From positions 47,827 through 111,826 of the forward strand of contig JAQUXC010000003.1 in NCBI GenBank assembly GCA_028692545.1: DNA of 64,000 bases. The letters run 5' to 3'. The notes under the pieces were generated by a model, which worked only from the letters and a program-made list of their open reading frames with translations, was not told where the DNA came from and made no database searches. Shown here in pieces: positions 22,061 to 32,467 of the stretch. The DNA is from Patescibacteria group bacterium. GTDB taxonomy: Bacteria; Patescibacteriota; Patescibacteriia; UBA1558; S5-K13. A program made the translations under genes and the position numbers. Numbering within the stretch: position 1 is the first letter of the stretch; each line of letters starts with the position of its first letter.

Positions 22061-23623
22061 ATGAAAACGTTTAAAAAATATTTATTTATACTTTTTGTAT
22101 TTTTGATAATACCCTTTTCATTTGCGAGTGCAAAAGATTTTGCAGATAATTTGAGAGGTAGACTTTTGCTTCAAGTAGAAAGCTCTGGTAGTGTTTGGTA
22201 TGTAAATCCAACTGACTCAAAAAGATATGAGATTACACGCGATAATGCATTAGATGTTTTTAGAAAATTTGCCCTTGGCATTTCAAACAAGGATTTGGAA
22301 AAAATTCCTACAGAAGTAAATAATAACAAAAAAACAAGAGAAGATTTGAAGGGTAAATTTTTACTTCAAGTAGAAAATGGAGGAAACATCTGGTATGTAG
22401 ATTTTTTTGGTATAAGACACGAGGTAACAAAATTAAATTTAATAGATATTTTAAAAAAACATTCTTTGGGAATAAAAAATTCAGATTTGAATAAAATAGA
22501 AAAGTCTGAAATTATACAAAAAGAAGACGTAAATAACAACAACGATAATGTTAAAACTCCAATAAAAGCAGAACTTAGTGAAGATCAGTATTTAAAAAAA
22601 TTTTTGGATTCATGGAATTTGATAAAAGAAAAATATGTTGGAGAATTAGATTATAATTTACTTGTTGAGTCAGCTATTAGTGGAATGCTTTCAAATTTGA
22701 ATGATTCATATTCTAGTTATATGTCAAAAGATTCTGCTTCTGAGTTTTCTGATAGTTTAGATGGCCAGTTTGAAGGAGTCGGAATGCAAATAAATATACA
22801 AGATGGTGTTCTCACCGTAGTTATGCCAATTTCTGACTCTCCAGCTCTACTTGCTGGTATAAAAGCGGGTGATAAGGTAGTGGCTATAGATGGTATAAGT
22901 ACAAATGGAATGAGTTTAGATAAGGCTAGTGAACTTATAAAAGGAAAAAGTGGTAGTATGGTTGTGCTTGATGTAATTCATCAAAATGGAAATCCAGAAA
23001 GATTCAAAGTTACAAGAGGTCTTATAGAATATTCAGGATTGTCTTATTCTATAAAAAATAATGAAGTAGGTTATATAAAAATGGAAAAATTTAGTGGTAA
23101 TACAGATTTTTATTTCAAAAAAGCAATAGATAATTTATTGAATAAAAAAGTAAGTTCTTTGATTATAGATTTGAGAGACAATCCAGGTGGATATTTGGAT
23201 TCTGTTGTTGCAATATCAGATTATTGGCTGGATGATATGATTATATTAAAAGAAGTGTTTCGTGATGGAAATACAAGAAATATAAATTCTCAAGAAGGGG
23301 CTATATTAAAAAATATGAAAACTGTAGTTTTGATAAATAGTAGATCTGCATCTGCTTCTGAAATATTAGCTGGGGCACTTCAAGATTACGAGCTTGCGAC
23401 TATTATTGGACAGAAAAGTTATGGAAAAGGTAGCGTTCAGGAATTATTAAAATTAGAAGATGGATCATCTATAAAAGTCACTACTGCAAAATGGTTTACT
23501 CCAAATGGAAAATCTATAGATCAAAATGGTATAGATCCTGATATAGAAATTATACCAAGTCAAGATTCTGGCACTGATAGTCAATTAGAAAGAGCATTGA
23601 AATTTATAAAAACTGGAAAATAA
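22061..23623 (+). CDS. ctpA: Carboxyl-terminal processing protease (S41, PDZ) with N-terminal LLQVE..G..WYV repeats
   Basis: DLRDNPGG, SASASE, GKGSVQ, PDZ GVGM. Confidence 0.9.
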   Translation: MKTFKKYLFILFVFLIIPFSFASAKDFADNLRGRLLLQVESSGSVWYVNPTDSKRYEITRDNALDVFRKFALGISNKDLEKIPTEVNNNKKTREDLKGKFLLQVENGGNIWYVDFFGIRHEVTKLNLIDILKKHSLGIKNSDLNKIEKSEIIQKEDVNNNNDNVKTPIKAELSEDQYLKKFLDSWNLIKEKYVGELDYNLLVESAISGMLSNLNDSYSSYMSKDSASEFSDSLDGQFEGVGMQINIQDGVLTVVMPISDSPALLAGIKAGDKVVAIDGISTNGMSLDKASELIKGKSGSMVVLDVIHQNGNPERFKVTRGLIEYSGLSYSIKNNEVGYIKMEKFSGNTDFYFKKAIDNLLNKKVSSLIIDLRDNPGGYLDSVVAISDYWLDDMIILKEVFRDGNTRNINSQEGAILKNMKTVVLINSRSASASEILAGALQDYELATIIGQKSYGKGSVQELLKLEDGSSIKVTTAKWFTPNGKSIDQNGIDPDIEIIPSQDSGTDSQLERALKFIKTGK

Positions 23624-23633
23624 AGTAATATTT

Positions 23634-24344
23634 ATGAAGTATCTTCAAAAAAATATTTTGTTGGGAATTACAGGGAGAACCAATAGGCAAATTATTAGCA
23701 AAATAAAAGATATTGATGAAGAAAAAATCAAAATTGTTTCATTGTTTTTAGAATTTATAGAAAAGTCAAAAAGAAATATTATTTATGATATTCTAAAAAA
23801 ATCTAGTATAAAAGAAATTCCACTTGTACATATTAGAGATGATTTTGAAAGAGATGAAATAAAATTTTTAAAAGAAAATTATAATACAAAGTATTTTACT
23901 ATTCATGAAGATCATTTTAATTTTATAAATAATTGGAAAGGTTATTATAAGAATTTATATTTGGAAATGAATACTGATAATTTTGTTTCAAAAAAAGTAA
24001 AAATAAATAAAATTGGTGGGTTTTGTATAGATTTGTCTCATTTTAAGGTGGAGGAGCAAAAATGGTCAAAAGAGTTTTTGTATATTTTGAAAAATAAAAA
24101 TAAAAATATTTTTTTGTGTAATCATATAAATGGATATTCTTACAAAAAAAACAAAGATTTGCATACTATAAAAAATTTATCTGAATTTGATTATTTATCA
24201 ACTTTACCAAAATTTATTTTTGGAAAAATAATAGCAATTGAGACATTCAATAAAATAGAAAATCAATTAAAATTTAAAAAATATTTATTAAAAATTTTAA
24301 ATAATCAAGCTAAGTCTGGTAATACTGTTAGACGGAACAAATAG
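23634..24344 (+). CDS. Hypothetical protein, possible TIM-barrel metalloenzyme
   Basis: H, TIH, LEMN, CIDLSH, H, D-H, AIE spacing resembles the xylose isomerase/AP endonuclease 2 fold. Confidence 0.55.
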   Translation: MKYLQKNILLGITGRTNRQIISKIKDIDEEKIKIVSLFLEFIEKSKRNIIYDILKKSSIKEIPLVHIRDDFERDEIKFLKENYNTKYFTIHEDHFNFINNWKGYYKNLYLEMNTDNFVSKKVKINKIGGFCIDLSHFKVEEQKWSKEFLYILKNKNKNIFLCNHINGYSYKKNKDLHTIKNLSEFDYLSTLPKFIFGKIIAIETFNKIENQLKFKKYLLKILNNQAKSGNTVRRNK

Positions 24345-24394
24345 TGATTAAAATTATGAAACTAAAAAATTATATTTTAAATAAATAATTATTT

Positions 24395-25093
24395 ATGAAT
24401 GATATAAAAAAAGAATTGCAATCTTTGAAAAATCCTATTCAAGCAAAAATATTACAGAGATTTTTCAAAACAGGAATTGGCGAATATGGAGAGGGAGATA
24501 TTTTTTTTGGAATAAAAGTTCCAATACTTCGTCAGACAGCAAAAAAATATTTTGATATAAATTTGAGAGAAGTTGAAGAATTGCTAAAAAGTGAAATACA
24601 TGAGTATAGACTTATAGCTCTTTTTATTTTGGTAAAAAAATATGAATTATCAAAAAATGAAACAAGTCGTGAAAAAATATTTAAAATTTATATCAAAAAT
24701 AAAAGGTATATAAATAATTGGGATCTGGTTGATTTGTCAGCTCCAAACATAGTTGGAAATTATTTATTAAATAAAGATAGGAATATTTTGTATAATTTTG
24801 CAAAATCAGATCATTTGTGGACAAAAAGAATAGCAATGTTATCTTGCTATACTTTTATAAAAAATGGAGAAACAAAAGATACACTAAAAATTGCAGAAAT
24901 TTTGCTTAATGACAAACATGATTTAATTCAAAAAGCTGTTGGTTGGATGCTTAGAGAGCTTGGTAAACGTGTGAGTCAGAATATAGAAGAAGAGTTTTTG
25001 AAAAAATATTATCAAAAAATGCCACGCACAACACTTCGTTATTCTATAGAAAGATTTAGTGACAAGAAAAAGAAGTTTTATATGAGTAAATAG
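24395..25093 (+). CDS. DNA alkylation repair protein (AlkD-like)
   Basis: FFKTG.GEYGEGD, NNWDLVD, QKAVGWMLRE, MPRTTLRY. Confidence 0.9.
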   Translation: MNDIKKELQSLKNPIQAKILQRFFKTGIGEYGEGDIFFGIKVPILRQTAKKYFDINLREVEELLKSEIHEYRLIALFILVKKYELSKNETSREKIFKIYIKNKRYINNWDLVDLSAPNIVGNYLLNKDRNILYNFAKSDHLWTKRIAMLSCYTFIKNGETKDTLKIAEILLNDKHDLIQKAVGWMLRELGKRVSQNIEEEFLKKYYQKMPRTTLRYSIERFSDKKKKFYMSK

Positions 25094-25107
25094 GTTTATA
25101 AAAAGTT

Positions 25108-25142
25108 AAGGCCGTGTGCGATTTTTCGCACACGGCCTTTTA
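25108..25142. terminator. Bidirectional intrinsic terminator
   Basis: Perfect 14-bp stem aaggccgtgtgcga/tcgcacacggcctt. Confidence 0.85.
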
Positions 25143-25146
25143 TAAT

Positions 25147-25837
25147 TTACTCCTTTGTTATTTCAACAATCTTTTGGAAAACTCTATCTCTATCATATGT
25201 AGACAAGAAACAGTGTCCTCCTATAAATTCTTGGACATTGGTTTTTCCATATGCAACAGATAAGTCGATGACATTATCTGTTTTACATATGAAGATATAA
25301 TCTGAAGAACTTATTTCTGGTATTTCATATTGAGCCAAAATTATCTCATACATTGTGTGTGGAGATATTTTTTTTGGTACAAAACTGGGAATATCCATTT
25401 CGCCAATTTCTTCTTCAGAAAAACCTCTTGGAAGTATTGGAATCCTTATAAACTTAATTAGCTTTAGAAAAGATATAGACAAATCATATGATCCATTGAT
25501 GAGTCTATGTATGGGGATTTTCCAATAAGGCGATATGAATACTCTCTTTTTCGCTTTTAAGTGAACTGCAAAGAGGGCACCTATGCTAAATCCAATAACA
25601 AGATCTATATCAGAATCTGTACTGACTTGAATCTTTTTTTTGGATTTGAGAAAGAAGGTCTGAGAAAGATTCTATACAATTAGGAATTTCAAATATTATG
25701 AGATCCCAGTTGTTTTTTGAAGATTCTTTTATGAACCATAGTACACAAGCATCTTCAAGTTTCATTCCCCAGCCTAAAACGAAGACTACTTTTATCCCTC
25801 TTCCTGGGATAATCTTATAAACTATGGAATCTTTCAT
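25147..25837 (-). pseudogene. Alpha/beta hydrolase split by a frameshift in an A8 tract
   Basis: A7 instead of A8 at 25634-25641 restores one ORF containing GFSIG, D and GGH; AGGAGG SD upstream. Confidence 0.8.
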
Positions 25838-25952
25838 GATTCCCTCCTATATTTTTTTGTTAATGTAGATTTATATCATTTTTGTGCTTTTAAGTCAATG
25901 ATATTATTTACTTATTTTAATACTTAATATAAACTAAATTTATAGAAATATT

Positions 25953-27746
25953 ATGTCAAATATAACAGACGAGATCAAATCAAGGCTAGATATTGCTGAT
26001 ACTATTTCAGAATATATACACTTAAATCAAGCTGGAGTAAATTGGAAGGCAATATGTCCTTTTCATAGAGAAAAAACTCCTTCTCTTTTTGTATCTACAG
26101 AAAAACAAATTTGGCATTGTTTTGGATGTGGGGCAGGTGGTGATATTTTTGAATTTGTGAAAAAAATAGAAGGAGTAGAATTTCCAGAAGCACTTAGGAT
26201 TTTGGCACAAAAAGCAAATGTAACAATTGATTACAATTACAATCCAGAGTTGAGCAACAAGAAAACAAAGATTTTAGATATTTTAGAAGAATCTGCTAAT
26301 TATTACCACAAAAATTTAATAGAAAGTAATAATGCAAAAATAGCTAGAGATTATTTGGAAAATAGAGGAATGACTCAAGAATCAATAAGGACATTTTTAT
26401 TGGGTTATAGTGAAGATTCTTGGACTGGATTATTGGATTATCTAAAAAGCAAAGGATTTATAGAAAAGGATATAGAAGCATCTGGTATGATACTCAAATC
26501 AAAACAAGGTAGTTATAGTTTTTATGATAGATTTAGGGGAAGACTTATGTTTCCAATAAATAATATTTTTGGTCAGACAGTGGGATTTACGGCAAGAGCT
26601 TTGAAAGAAGATGACAATAAACAAGGGAAATATATAAATACTCCACAAACAGATGCTTATGATAAAAGTAGTGTGCTTTACAACTTAGATCTAGCAAAAG
26701 TAGAAATAAAAAATAAAAATTATACTGTTTTGGTAGAAGGAAATATTGATGCAATATCTTCGTATATGTCAGGAGTAAAAAATGTAGTAGCATCGTCAGG
26801 CACTGCACTTACAAAAGAACAAGTAAAAATTCTTAAAAGATATTCAGAAAATTTGATAATTGCTTATGATGGAGATTTGGCAGGTGTAAAAGCTACATTT
26901 AGAATAATAGATAATGCACTTTCTCAAAATATGAACGTAAAAATAGTTTCTCTTCCAAAGGGAATTGATCCAGATGATCTTATAAAACGAGGAACTGACA
27001 AATGGATTGATGCAATAAAAAAAGCAAAGCCTATTATGGATTTTGTTTTTGATAGAGTAATTTCTTCTGCTGATTTAAACAATGTTTTCCACAAAAAACA
27101 AGTTGCAAAAACAATCCTTGTATTTATTTCTAAATTTAGTGATGAAATAGAAAAAGAAACTTATTTGAAAAAATTAAGTGATATTATTGATATAGATTAT
27201 GACATGTTGAAGAAAAAATTAGGTGAAATAATATCTAATAAAAAAAATAAAGAAATAGAACAAAAAGATTCAAGTCTAGAATATAGTCCAATAGATAAAA
27301 ACAAAATAGATGAGTTTTTGAAGGAAATAATAGCTCTTAGTATGAATTTTCCAGAAAATCTAGAATACTTGTCCTCAAACCTTGAATTGGAATATATTCA
27401 AGATAATTTAGTAGGAAATCTTTACAAGGACATAATAATACACTATACTAAGAATAATTCATTCAGTTTTGATTTATTTAAAAAATCATTAGATGTAGAG
27501 CGTTCAGATCTGTTGGATTTGGTTGCTTTTGTTTTTGAAAATGGTTATTCAGATTATGATAAAAATCAGGCTTTTGTTGAAATACAAAAATTAGTTTTGA
27601 GTTATAAAGAAGAATTTTTGAATAAAAAATTGAAACAAACTAACTTGCTTATGAATAAAGCGAGAATTGAAAAGAATTCAGAATTAGAAGATAAATATTT
27701 TAGAGATTTAAATGATATTAATATAAAAAAAAGAAATTTAAAATAA
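25953..27746 (+). CDS. dnaG: DNA primase
   Basis: CPFH...CFGC zinc finger, DRFRGRLMFPI, KYINTP, TOPRIM VEG..D and YDGD. Confidence 0.97.
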   Translation: MSNITDEIKSRLDIADTISEYIHLNQAGVNWKAICPFHREKTPSLFVSTEKQIWHCFGCGAGGDIFEFVKKIEGVEFPEALRILAQKANVTIDYNYNPELSNKKTKILDILEESANYYHKNLIESNNAKIARDYLENRGMTQESIRTFLLGYSEDSWTGLLDYLKSKGFIEKDIEASGMILKSKQGSYSFYDRFRGRLMFPINNIFGQTVGFTARALKEDDNKQGKYINTPQTDAYDKSSVLYNLDLAKVEIKNKNYTVLVEGNIDAISSYMSGVKNVVASSGTALTKEQVKILKRYSENLIIAYDGDLAGVKATFRIIDNALSQNMNVKIVSLPKGIDPDDLIKRGTDKWIDAIKKAKPIMDFVFDRVISSADLNNVFHKKQVAKTILVFISKFSDEIEKETYLKKLSDIIDIDYDMLKKKLGEIISNKKNKEIEQKDSSLEYSPIDKNKIDEFLKEIIALSMNFPENLEYLSSNLELEYIQDNLVGNLYKDIIIHYTKNNSFSFDLFKKSLDVERSDLLDLVAFVFENGYSDYDKNQAFVEIQKLVLSYKEEFLNKKLKQTNLLMNKARIEKNSELEDKYFRDLNDINIKKRNLK

Positions 27747-27789
27747 TTTTATCTAAATTAGCTAAACATGGTTTAGTTAAATAAATATT

Positions 27790-29181
27790 ATGCTAAAAAA
27801 AGCATCTAAAAAAAATATAACAAAAATGAAAAAAATTGCTATCAAAAAGATTGTAAAAATTAAGACAAAAAAGAATATTCCAAAAAAAATAAATAAATTA
27901 AAAGTTTCTCCAAAGAAGGTTACAAAAGTTGTAAAGAAAATTTTGGATAAGTCTAAAAAGAAAATTGTTTTAAGTAAAAAAGTTGTAAAGAAAAAAGTTA
28001 TTTCTAAAAAAACCAAAAAAGTAGCAAATAAAACTTTGAAATCAAATTCTAAGAAAAAGAAAGATATAAAAAAAGAGGATGAAATAGCAAAAGGTGTTAT
28101 TATTCCAAAAGAAGAAGTTTTAAATGATCTTTTGAAAGAAGGTAGAAATAGGGGATTTATAACAGAAACAGAGATTTTGTATGCATTTCCAGAAATGGAA
28201 GAATATTTGAATATGTATGATGCTTATTTGGATTTATTGGAAAAAAATAGTGTAGAAATAGTTTCTGCAGATGTTGGAATATTAAATTATAACGTTGGTA
28301 ACGAGTCAACTGGTATAAAAGTAGATATAGCTGGACTTACTTTTGATCTTGGAAAAATATCTTCTGATTCTATACAAATGTATCTTAGAGAAATAGGCAA
28401 AGTTCCTCTTCTTACATCAGCAGAGGAGGTGTCTCTTGCAAAAAGAAAAGAGTGCGGAGATGTAAGTGCAAAAATGCAACTTATAAAAGCGAATCTTCGT
28501 CTTGTTGTAAGTATTGCAAAAAAATATACAGGACATTCTTTGTCTTTACTTGATTTGATACAAGAGGGGAATATTGGACTTTTTCGTGCTGTAGAAAAAT
28601 TTGAATACAGAAAGGGTTATAAATTTTCTACTTATGCTACTTGGTGGATAAGACAGGCTATTACTCGTGCACTTGCAGATCAGTCGAGAACTATTAGAAT
28701 TCCAGTCCATATGGTTGAAACTATAAACAAATTTCAACAAGTACAAAGAAGATTAATTCAGGATTTGGGAAGAGAGCCATTGCCAGAGGAAATTGCCTAT
28801 GAAATGGGAGAAGATGTTGACAAAATTCATCATATTATAAAAATAGCCCAAGAAACAGTTTCACTTGAAACTAGTATTGGGGATGATGATGAAGATTCAA
28901 CACTTAGTGACTTTATTGAAGATAGAAATACTCTTTCTCCAGACAAGGTAGCATCACTTAGATTACTCAGTGATCATGTAAAAGAAATAATTTCAGATCT
29001 TACTCCACGTGAGCAAAAAATATTAGAAATGCGTTTTGGTCTTACTGATGGTATAGCTCATACTTTGGAAGAAGTTGGTCAAGAATTTGGAGTAACTCGC
29101 GAAAGAATTAGGCAAATAGAGGCAAAAGCACTTGAGAAAATTGCTTCGAAGTCCGGTATTGCGAAATTGAGAGACTACTAA
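27790..29181 (+). CDS. rpoD: RNA polymerase sigma-70 factor with Lys-rich N-terminal extension
   Basis: [45 protein letters not shown]. Confidence 0.96.
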   Translation: MLKKASKKNITKMKKIAIKKIVKIKTKKNIPKKINKLKVSPKKVTKVVKKILDKSKKKIVLSKKVVKKKVISKKTKKVANKTLKSNSKKKKDIKKEDEIAKGVIIPKEEVLNDLLKEGRNRGFITETEILYAFPEMEEYLNMYDAYLDLLEKNSVEIVSADVGILNYNVGNESTGIKVDIAGLTFDLGKISSDSIQMYLREIGKVPLLTSAEEVSLAKRKECGDVSAKMQLIKANLRLVVSIAKKYTGHSLSLLDLIQEGNIGLFRAVEKFEYRKGYKFSTYATWWIRQAITRALADQSRTIRIPVHMVETINKFQQVQRRLIQDLGREPLPEEIAYEMGEDVDKIHHIIKIAQETVSLETSIGDDDEDSTLSDFIEDRNTLSPDKVASLRLLSDHVKEIISDLTPREQKILEMRFGLTDGIAHTLEEVGQEFGVTRERIRQIEAKALEKIASKSGIAKLRDY

Positions 29182-29182
29182 T

Positions 29183-29245
29183 AATTGTGTAATAGTATAA
29201 TTGTCTAATTGATTAATAGACTAATTGAATAATAGTATAATTGGG
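29183..29245. repeat. Degenerate 8-bp tandem repeats (TAATTGnn / TAATAGnn)
   Basis: taattgtg taatagta taattgtc taattgat taatagac taattgaa taatagta taattgg. Confidence 0.7.
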
Positions 29246-29306
29246 TTAAGGGTTGATTTTTTGGAATAGTTATTCTATAATCTTATTACTTAGAATTTTA
29301 AATTAT

Positions 29307-29383
29307 TTCGCGGTAGCTCAGTTGGTTAGAGCGACTGGCTGTTAACCAGTAGGTCGTCGGTTCGAACCCGACCCGCGAAGCCA
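29307..29383 (+). tRNA. tRNA-Asn(GTT), CCA encoded; integration site
   Basis: TTCGCGG acceptor stem, TAGCTCAGTTGG D-arm, CTGTTAA anticodon loop, TTCGAA T-loop, GCCA end. Confidence 0.97.
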
Positions 29384-30982
29384 ACCTGTATGAACAGAGG
29401 TTAAAGCCTCTGTTTTTGCTTTATTTAAAGGGTGTTTATCCAGTTCTAACCTTAAGTATTTTTGCTCTAATTCTTTATAGTCATTTTCTATTGGAATAAA
29501 CCAATCATTGAACCCTATAGACAGCTTTTTATCAGTAATTGTTATCATTTTTCCTATTCCAGATAGAATTTCTCTCTTTAGTTCTAACCTATTTTCTACC
29601 CTTGCCTTTAAGAACGCTTTATGGGCATAAGTAGCAAAATTAAAAGTTTTCTCTGCTAACTCTAACCAGTTTTCAGCCCTTGCTTCTGTGCTACGCAAAC
29701 ATTCTTTCATTTTTGATATTTTGCTTGTAAGTTCATTTTTCTCTTTTAAGAAGGCATCATCATCAATAAGTTGGCGATATCTCATTTTAGTAAGTTCATC
29801 TAATTCATTTTGTGCTTTTACTAGATTTGTATGTTGCATTTCATAAATTTTAGACCTATCTTCTATTTCAGTATCATTTTTTTTATTTAAATCTTCTAAT
29901 GCCCAATGTAGAAATTCTGGGAGAATTGTTAATCTCCCCATTTCTCTTTCAATCTCTAATTCTAAACTATCTTCTTTAACGCAACTTTTTTGAGTGCAAT
30001 TGACTTTTCTTGTCTTTCTTGTGCAATGATAGTAAGTGTATTGTTTTATTTCTTTAGTTGTTTGTAGTAGTTTATTTTTTGTTTCCGCAGTATATAGACA
30101 TCCACACTCTTTACATCTAATTAAACCAGTAAATGCAAATTCTTTACTTTTTGGTTTTATAATGCCTTTTCTCCCAAGAAGTCTTTGAACTCTATCATAT
30201 TCTTCAAGCGTAATCATTGCTTCGTGTTTACCTTCATATTCAATTCCTTTGTTTTTAATAATCCCAGCATAAAATGGATTTTTAAAGACATCATAAATAC
30301 CACTATATGAAAGAGGATTACTACCCATTCTTTTAAATTTACGAGTTCTAAAACCCCATTCATTGTTTGCAATATTTAAAATTTTTCTGGGAGTATAATT
30401 GCCAGTTAACATTAAATCCCACATATTACGAACAAGGCTAAAACGTTCAGGGTCCTTTATAATAGTTTTATTTTCTCTTTCATTAAGGTAGCCAAGTGGT
30501 GGAACTCCATTTTGCCATCCAGAATTTACTCTTTTTAGTATTCCACGTTTAGTATCTCTACTTAAATCTAAAATATATTGATTGGCTTGACCAGTTTCTA
30601 CGCTAAATAATAATACGTTATCGCTTGGGAGATATTCTTTTTCAATTGTTCTAATTGATTTTATTATTCCTTGTTGTAGGAGCCATCCAAGTTTGCCACT
30701 GTCAATTGGATTACGTGTTAATCTGTTTAAAGCCCAACATAGTATTCCATTAGCTTCCCCATTTTCAATTTTTTTTATCATCTCGTCAAATACAGGACGA
30801 TTATTTGGTTTTTTAGCTGATTTCGCTTCTGTAAATACTGTTTTAGTATTTATGTCTAGATTTGTAGCTAATTTTTGTAAAGTTTCTGTCTGGTCTTCAA
30901 TAGACTGAACTTGTTTATCTTCGCTTTCAGAAGATTTTCTTGCATACACAAAGTATGTAATTTTGTTTTGTTCTAATTTCAT
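29342..30982 (-). CDS. Large serine recombinase (resolvase, recombinase, Zn-ribbon and coiled-coil domains), integrated-form C-terminus
   Basis: YARKS catalytic Ser, NRLTRN, PPLGY, CKECG...YYHC...C. Confidence 0.95.
   Translation of the reverse strand: MKLEQNKITYFVYARKSSESEDKQVQSIEDQTETLQKLATNLDINTKTVFTEAKSAKKPNNRPVFDEMIKKIENGEANGILCWALNRLTRNPIDSGKLGWLLQQGIIKSIRTIEKEYLPSDNVLLFSVETGQANQYILDLSRDTKRGILKRVNSGWQNGVPPLGYLNERENKTIIKDPERFSLVRNMWDLMLTGNYTPRKILNIANNEWGFRTRKFKRMGSNPLSYSGIYDVFKNPFYAGIIKNKGIEYEGKHEAMITLEEYDRVQRLLGRKGIIKPKSKEFAFTGLIRCKECGCLYTAETKNKLLQTTKEIKQYTYYHCTRKTRKVNCTQKSCVKEDSLELEIEREMGRLTILPEFLHWALEDLNKKNDTEIEDRSKIYEMQHTNLVKAQNELDELTKMRYRQLIDDDAFLKEKNELTSKISKMKECLRSTEARAENWLELAEKTFNFATYAHKAFLKARVENRLELKREILSGIGKMITITDKKLSIGFNDWFIPIENDYKELEQKYLRLELDKHPLNKAKTEALTSVHTGWLRGSGSNRRPTG
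29393..29417 (+). terminator. Terminator for tRNA-Asn supplied by the island left end
   Basis: aacagaggt-taaa-gcctctgtt followed by a T-run. Confidence 0.7.
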
Positions 30983-31002
30983 ATTTTTATAATTTATAAA
31001 TT

Positions 31003-31123
31003 AAAAGGACGACTATGGTTGACCCAATTCCGCTTTTCCGAAGAATTGCTTTATTGGCATAGTCGCCCTTTTAAGACAACAAAGCAGTAAAAAACTTCGG
31101 AATTTTTTTCGGATTGGGTCAAC
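31003..31123 (-). ncRNA. Candidate structured leader RNA of recombinase 1
   Basis: Stem 31018-31032/31110-31123 with inner helices; loop 31058-31072 complementary to 31003-31017; TGnTATAAT at 31130-31138. Confidence 0.65.
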
Positions 31124-31138
31124 GTATATATTATAACA

Positions 31139-31747
31139 TTATTTTCTAATGTTGATAAACTTGCCAAAAGATTTATCTAGGCGAGATACCATCATTATAA
31201 AACTTTGTTCAAAGTCTTCTCTCATTTTAATTAAACGTTTAAATTTTCTTGTCGGCTTACCGTTATAATAAAATCTTCTAACTTCTTTTTCTGCCCTTTC
31301 AATACTTGCAGAAGATAGAGAACTTCCTCTAAATTTGCCACCCCTCATTTGAGAGGAATAAGCTATATTTCCGCAATGTCTACACCCAAACCATTTTCCT
31401 ATACTGAAAAGCACACCGACTCGTCTCCCACAAACTTTTCCATTTTTTATCAAAGGACATATAAACCAATATCTTTTACCGCCATAATTACATTGAGTAG
31501 TAGTTAATTTAATTTTATAATCCATATTTTCTTTTTCTTTTGTATCCCTGTTTGTTTGTGTATATCGCAATACAATATTATTGTCTTTATTATTTATAGT
31601 AATAATAAATCCAATACTATTCTCATTCTGATTTATCCCAGAGACCCATCTAATGCCTCCATATTGAAGACCCCCATTAAGATACCCGTGTTTTTTTAAC
31701 CAAGATATTTTTAAACTATTACTCCATTCTGCTTCTTGTTTCGCCAT
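31139..31747 (-). CDS. Hypothetical Zn-binding protein of integrative elements
   Basis: C.YGG.R.WF.CP...CG.R...CR.C...Y.SQ motif. Confidence 0.75.
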   Translation of the reverse strand: MAKQEAEWSNSLKISWLKKHGYLNGGLQYGGIRWVSGINQNENSIGFIITINNKDNNIVLRYTQTNRDTKEKENMDYKIKLTTTQCNYGGKRYWFICPLIKNGKVCGRRVGVLFSIGKWFGCRHCGNIAYSSQMRGGKFRGSSLSSASIERAEKEVRRFYYNGKPTRKFKRLIKMREDFEQSFIMMVSRLDKSFGKFINIRK

Positions 31748-31900
31748 ATATTTTTTATAAATCCGCCGAAATCATTAGAGATTATATTTATACATTATTT
31801 AGATAAAAGATTATTTGATGTCTAATAAAGGGATTTTTGGATTTAATTTTAATTTTTTTAATTAAGTATTTTATTATCATTTTACGAAACGAACCCATTT

Positions 31901-32431
31901 TTATTCTTTTTCTGTATTTATATCGACAGCCATAGGTAGAGGAACTTTCTCTCCCATACGAGTAGCTTGAATACGTTGTAATTCGTGAAGAGCTTTGTAT
32001 ATGCCACGTTCAATACTTGCCTCATAACGAATAAGTTTTCCGTATGTATCACGATTAGCAAAATCATAACTCAATGCACCCCCAAGTGTTTTATCAGCTT
32101 TACCCATTGAAAAACTTATACTATTACTCATATCGTTATCCATCATCTCTTTTTCTATTTGCATTACTCGTTTTAATCTCCATACATTGGCTGTTATTCT
32201 ATCAACTAAGACTAATTCAAGCTCTGTTTTTGGCTCTAATTCAGCTCTTAATTTTTTGCCTATATCAATAAGAGCTCCCTCATCTTCTCCGTCTAATAAA
32301 ATCTCTTTACTTAACAAACCGTGTTTTAAGGCATTGTATTTGCTTATTGCCTTACCTTCTTCAGTTTTTACTCCCCCAAGTTTTGCATTTTCTCGGTTTG
32401 CATCTAACTGTTTTTGTGATATTTCGTTCAT
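31901..32431 (-). CDS. Conserved hypothetical protein (ANRENA...G.KT.EGK....NALKHGL), possibly small-terminase-like
   Basis: Recognisable N-terminal motif typical of phage or satellite proteins; function inferred only. Confidence 0.6.
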   Translation of the reverse strand: MNEISQKQLDANRENAKLGGVKTEEGKAISKYNALKHGLLSKEILLDGEDEGALIDIGKKLRAELEPKTELELVLVDRITANVWRLKRVMQIEKEMMDNDMSNSISFSMGKADKTLGGALSYDFANRDTYGKLIRYEASIERGIYKALHELQRIQATRMGEKVPLPMAVDINTEKE

Positions 32432-32467
32432 ATTTTTATTGATTATTTTGTAAAAAAATGTCTAATT

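Noticed and set aside
31003-31123. Bridge-RNA-like guide specifying the att sites
   Set aside because: I found no convincing complementarity between its loops and the tRNA-Asn or attP sequences; kept only as a structured leader
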